Shown here piece after piece: positions 61,239-64,000 of a DNA stretch of 64,000 bases; positions within the stretch are counted from its first letter, which is position 1; each line of letters starts with the position of its first letter. The position numbers were made by a program, and so were the translations under genes. The notes beneath the pieces were generated by a model. It did no database searches. It was not told the origin of the DNA and was given only the letters and a program-made list of their open reading frames with translations. The DNA is taken from contig CAYVOR010000006.1 of assembly GCA_964452995.1 (NCBI GenBank), positions 4,395 through 68,394 of the forward strand. The letters run 5' to 3'. The DNA is from an uncultured Thiobacillus sp. GTDB taxonomy: Bacteria > Pseudomonadota > Gammaproteobacteria > Burkholderiales > Thiobacillaceae.

Positions 61239-62110
61239 GTATTCTCGTCAACCAGGATACGAAAGTCATCTGTCAGGGCTTCACCGGCAAGCAGGGCAGT
61301 TTCCATTCCGAACAGGCGATTGCCTACGGCACGAAAATGGTAGGCGGCGTGACGCCAGGCAAGGGCGGGCAGACGCACCTCGATCTGCCCGTGTTCAACA
61401 CCGTGCGCGATGCCGTGCGGCAGACCGGCGCGAATGCCACGATGATCTACGTGCCGGCCGCGTTTGCCGCCGATTCGATCCTGGAGGCGGCCGACGCGGG
61501 GATCGATGTCATCGTTTGCATTACCGAAGGTATTCCGGTGCTGGACATGCTCAATGTCAAGGCGGCGCTGCGCGCCAACGGGGCGAAACTGATCGGCCCC
61601 AACTGCCCCGGCGTCATCAGCTCGGGCGAATGCAAGATCGGCATCATGCCGGGTGCCATCCACCAGCAGGGCAGGATCGGCATCGTCTCGCGCTCGGGCA
61701 CGCTGACCTACGAAGCGGTGCACCAGACCACGCAGCTCGGGCTGGGGCAGTCGACCTGCGTCGGCATCGGCGGCGATCCGATCAAGGGGCTCGACTTCAT
61801 CGACTGCCTCGAACTGTTCGAAGCCGACCCGCAGACCGAAGCGGTGATTCTGGTCGGCGAGATCGGTGGCAGCCGCGAGGAAGAGGCCGCCGAGTACATC
61901 CGCTCGAACATGAAGAAACCCGTGGCCGCCTACATTGCCGGCCGCACCGCGCCCAGGGGCAAGCGCATGGGTCACGCCGGCGCGATCATCGCCGGCGGCG
62001 CCGGCACGGCCGACGCGAAGATCCGTGCGCTGGAAGCGGCCGGCGTCGTCGTCGCGGCAAGCCCGGCCGGGCTGGGCGAAGCGGTGCGGCAGGCGCTCGC
62101 GGCGCGATGA
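61235..62110 (+). CDS. sucD: Succinyl-CoA ligase alpha subunit
   Basis: [29 protein letters not shown]. Confidence 0.98.
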
Positions 62111-62120
62111 AGCCTGCCTG

Positions 62121-64000
<1,880 letters not shown>

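Overview
High-GC (~65%) betaproteobacterial chromosome segment; gene content and order suggest a Thiobacillus-like organism (inference). From left to right it contains: a Fur-boxed tonB/hemP iron locus; a CDF transporter, nagZ, acpS and a radical SAM gene; tRNA-Ser(UGA); a sigma54-preceded FimW/PilZ-like protein; a coupled AAA+ ATPase, vWA-metallopeptidase, atypical Hsp33 and small secreted protein operon; a 15-gene MSHA-type type IV pilus locus (E-G-A-C-D-O-P-Q, then I-I-J-K-L-M-N); an Ala/Pro-repeat lipoprotein; housekeeping genes (rmuC, typA, purT, ampD, hpt, def, glnD, map); an orphan flaF-like two-gene unit; the conserved rpsB-tsf-pyrH-frr-uppS-cdsA-dxr-rseP-bamA-skp-lpxD-fabZ-lpxA-lpxB-rnhB cluster; and sucCD-nadE-glnB. 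I saw no mobile element, prophage or CRISPR array. The most notable signals are FliA/sigma28-type promoter motifs before mshE and the flaF-like unit (while mshI-N has a sigma70 promoter), the AAA-vWA/peptidase-Hsp33 operon, and low-GC patches in surface-exposed regions of MshQ, the pilins and BamA. All assignments come from reading motifs by eye; no database searches were run.
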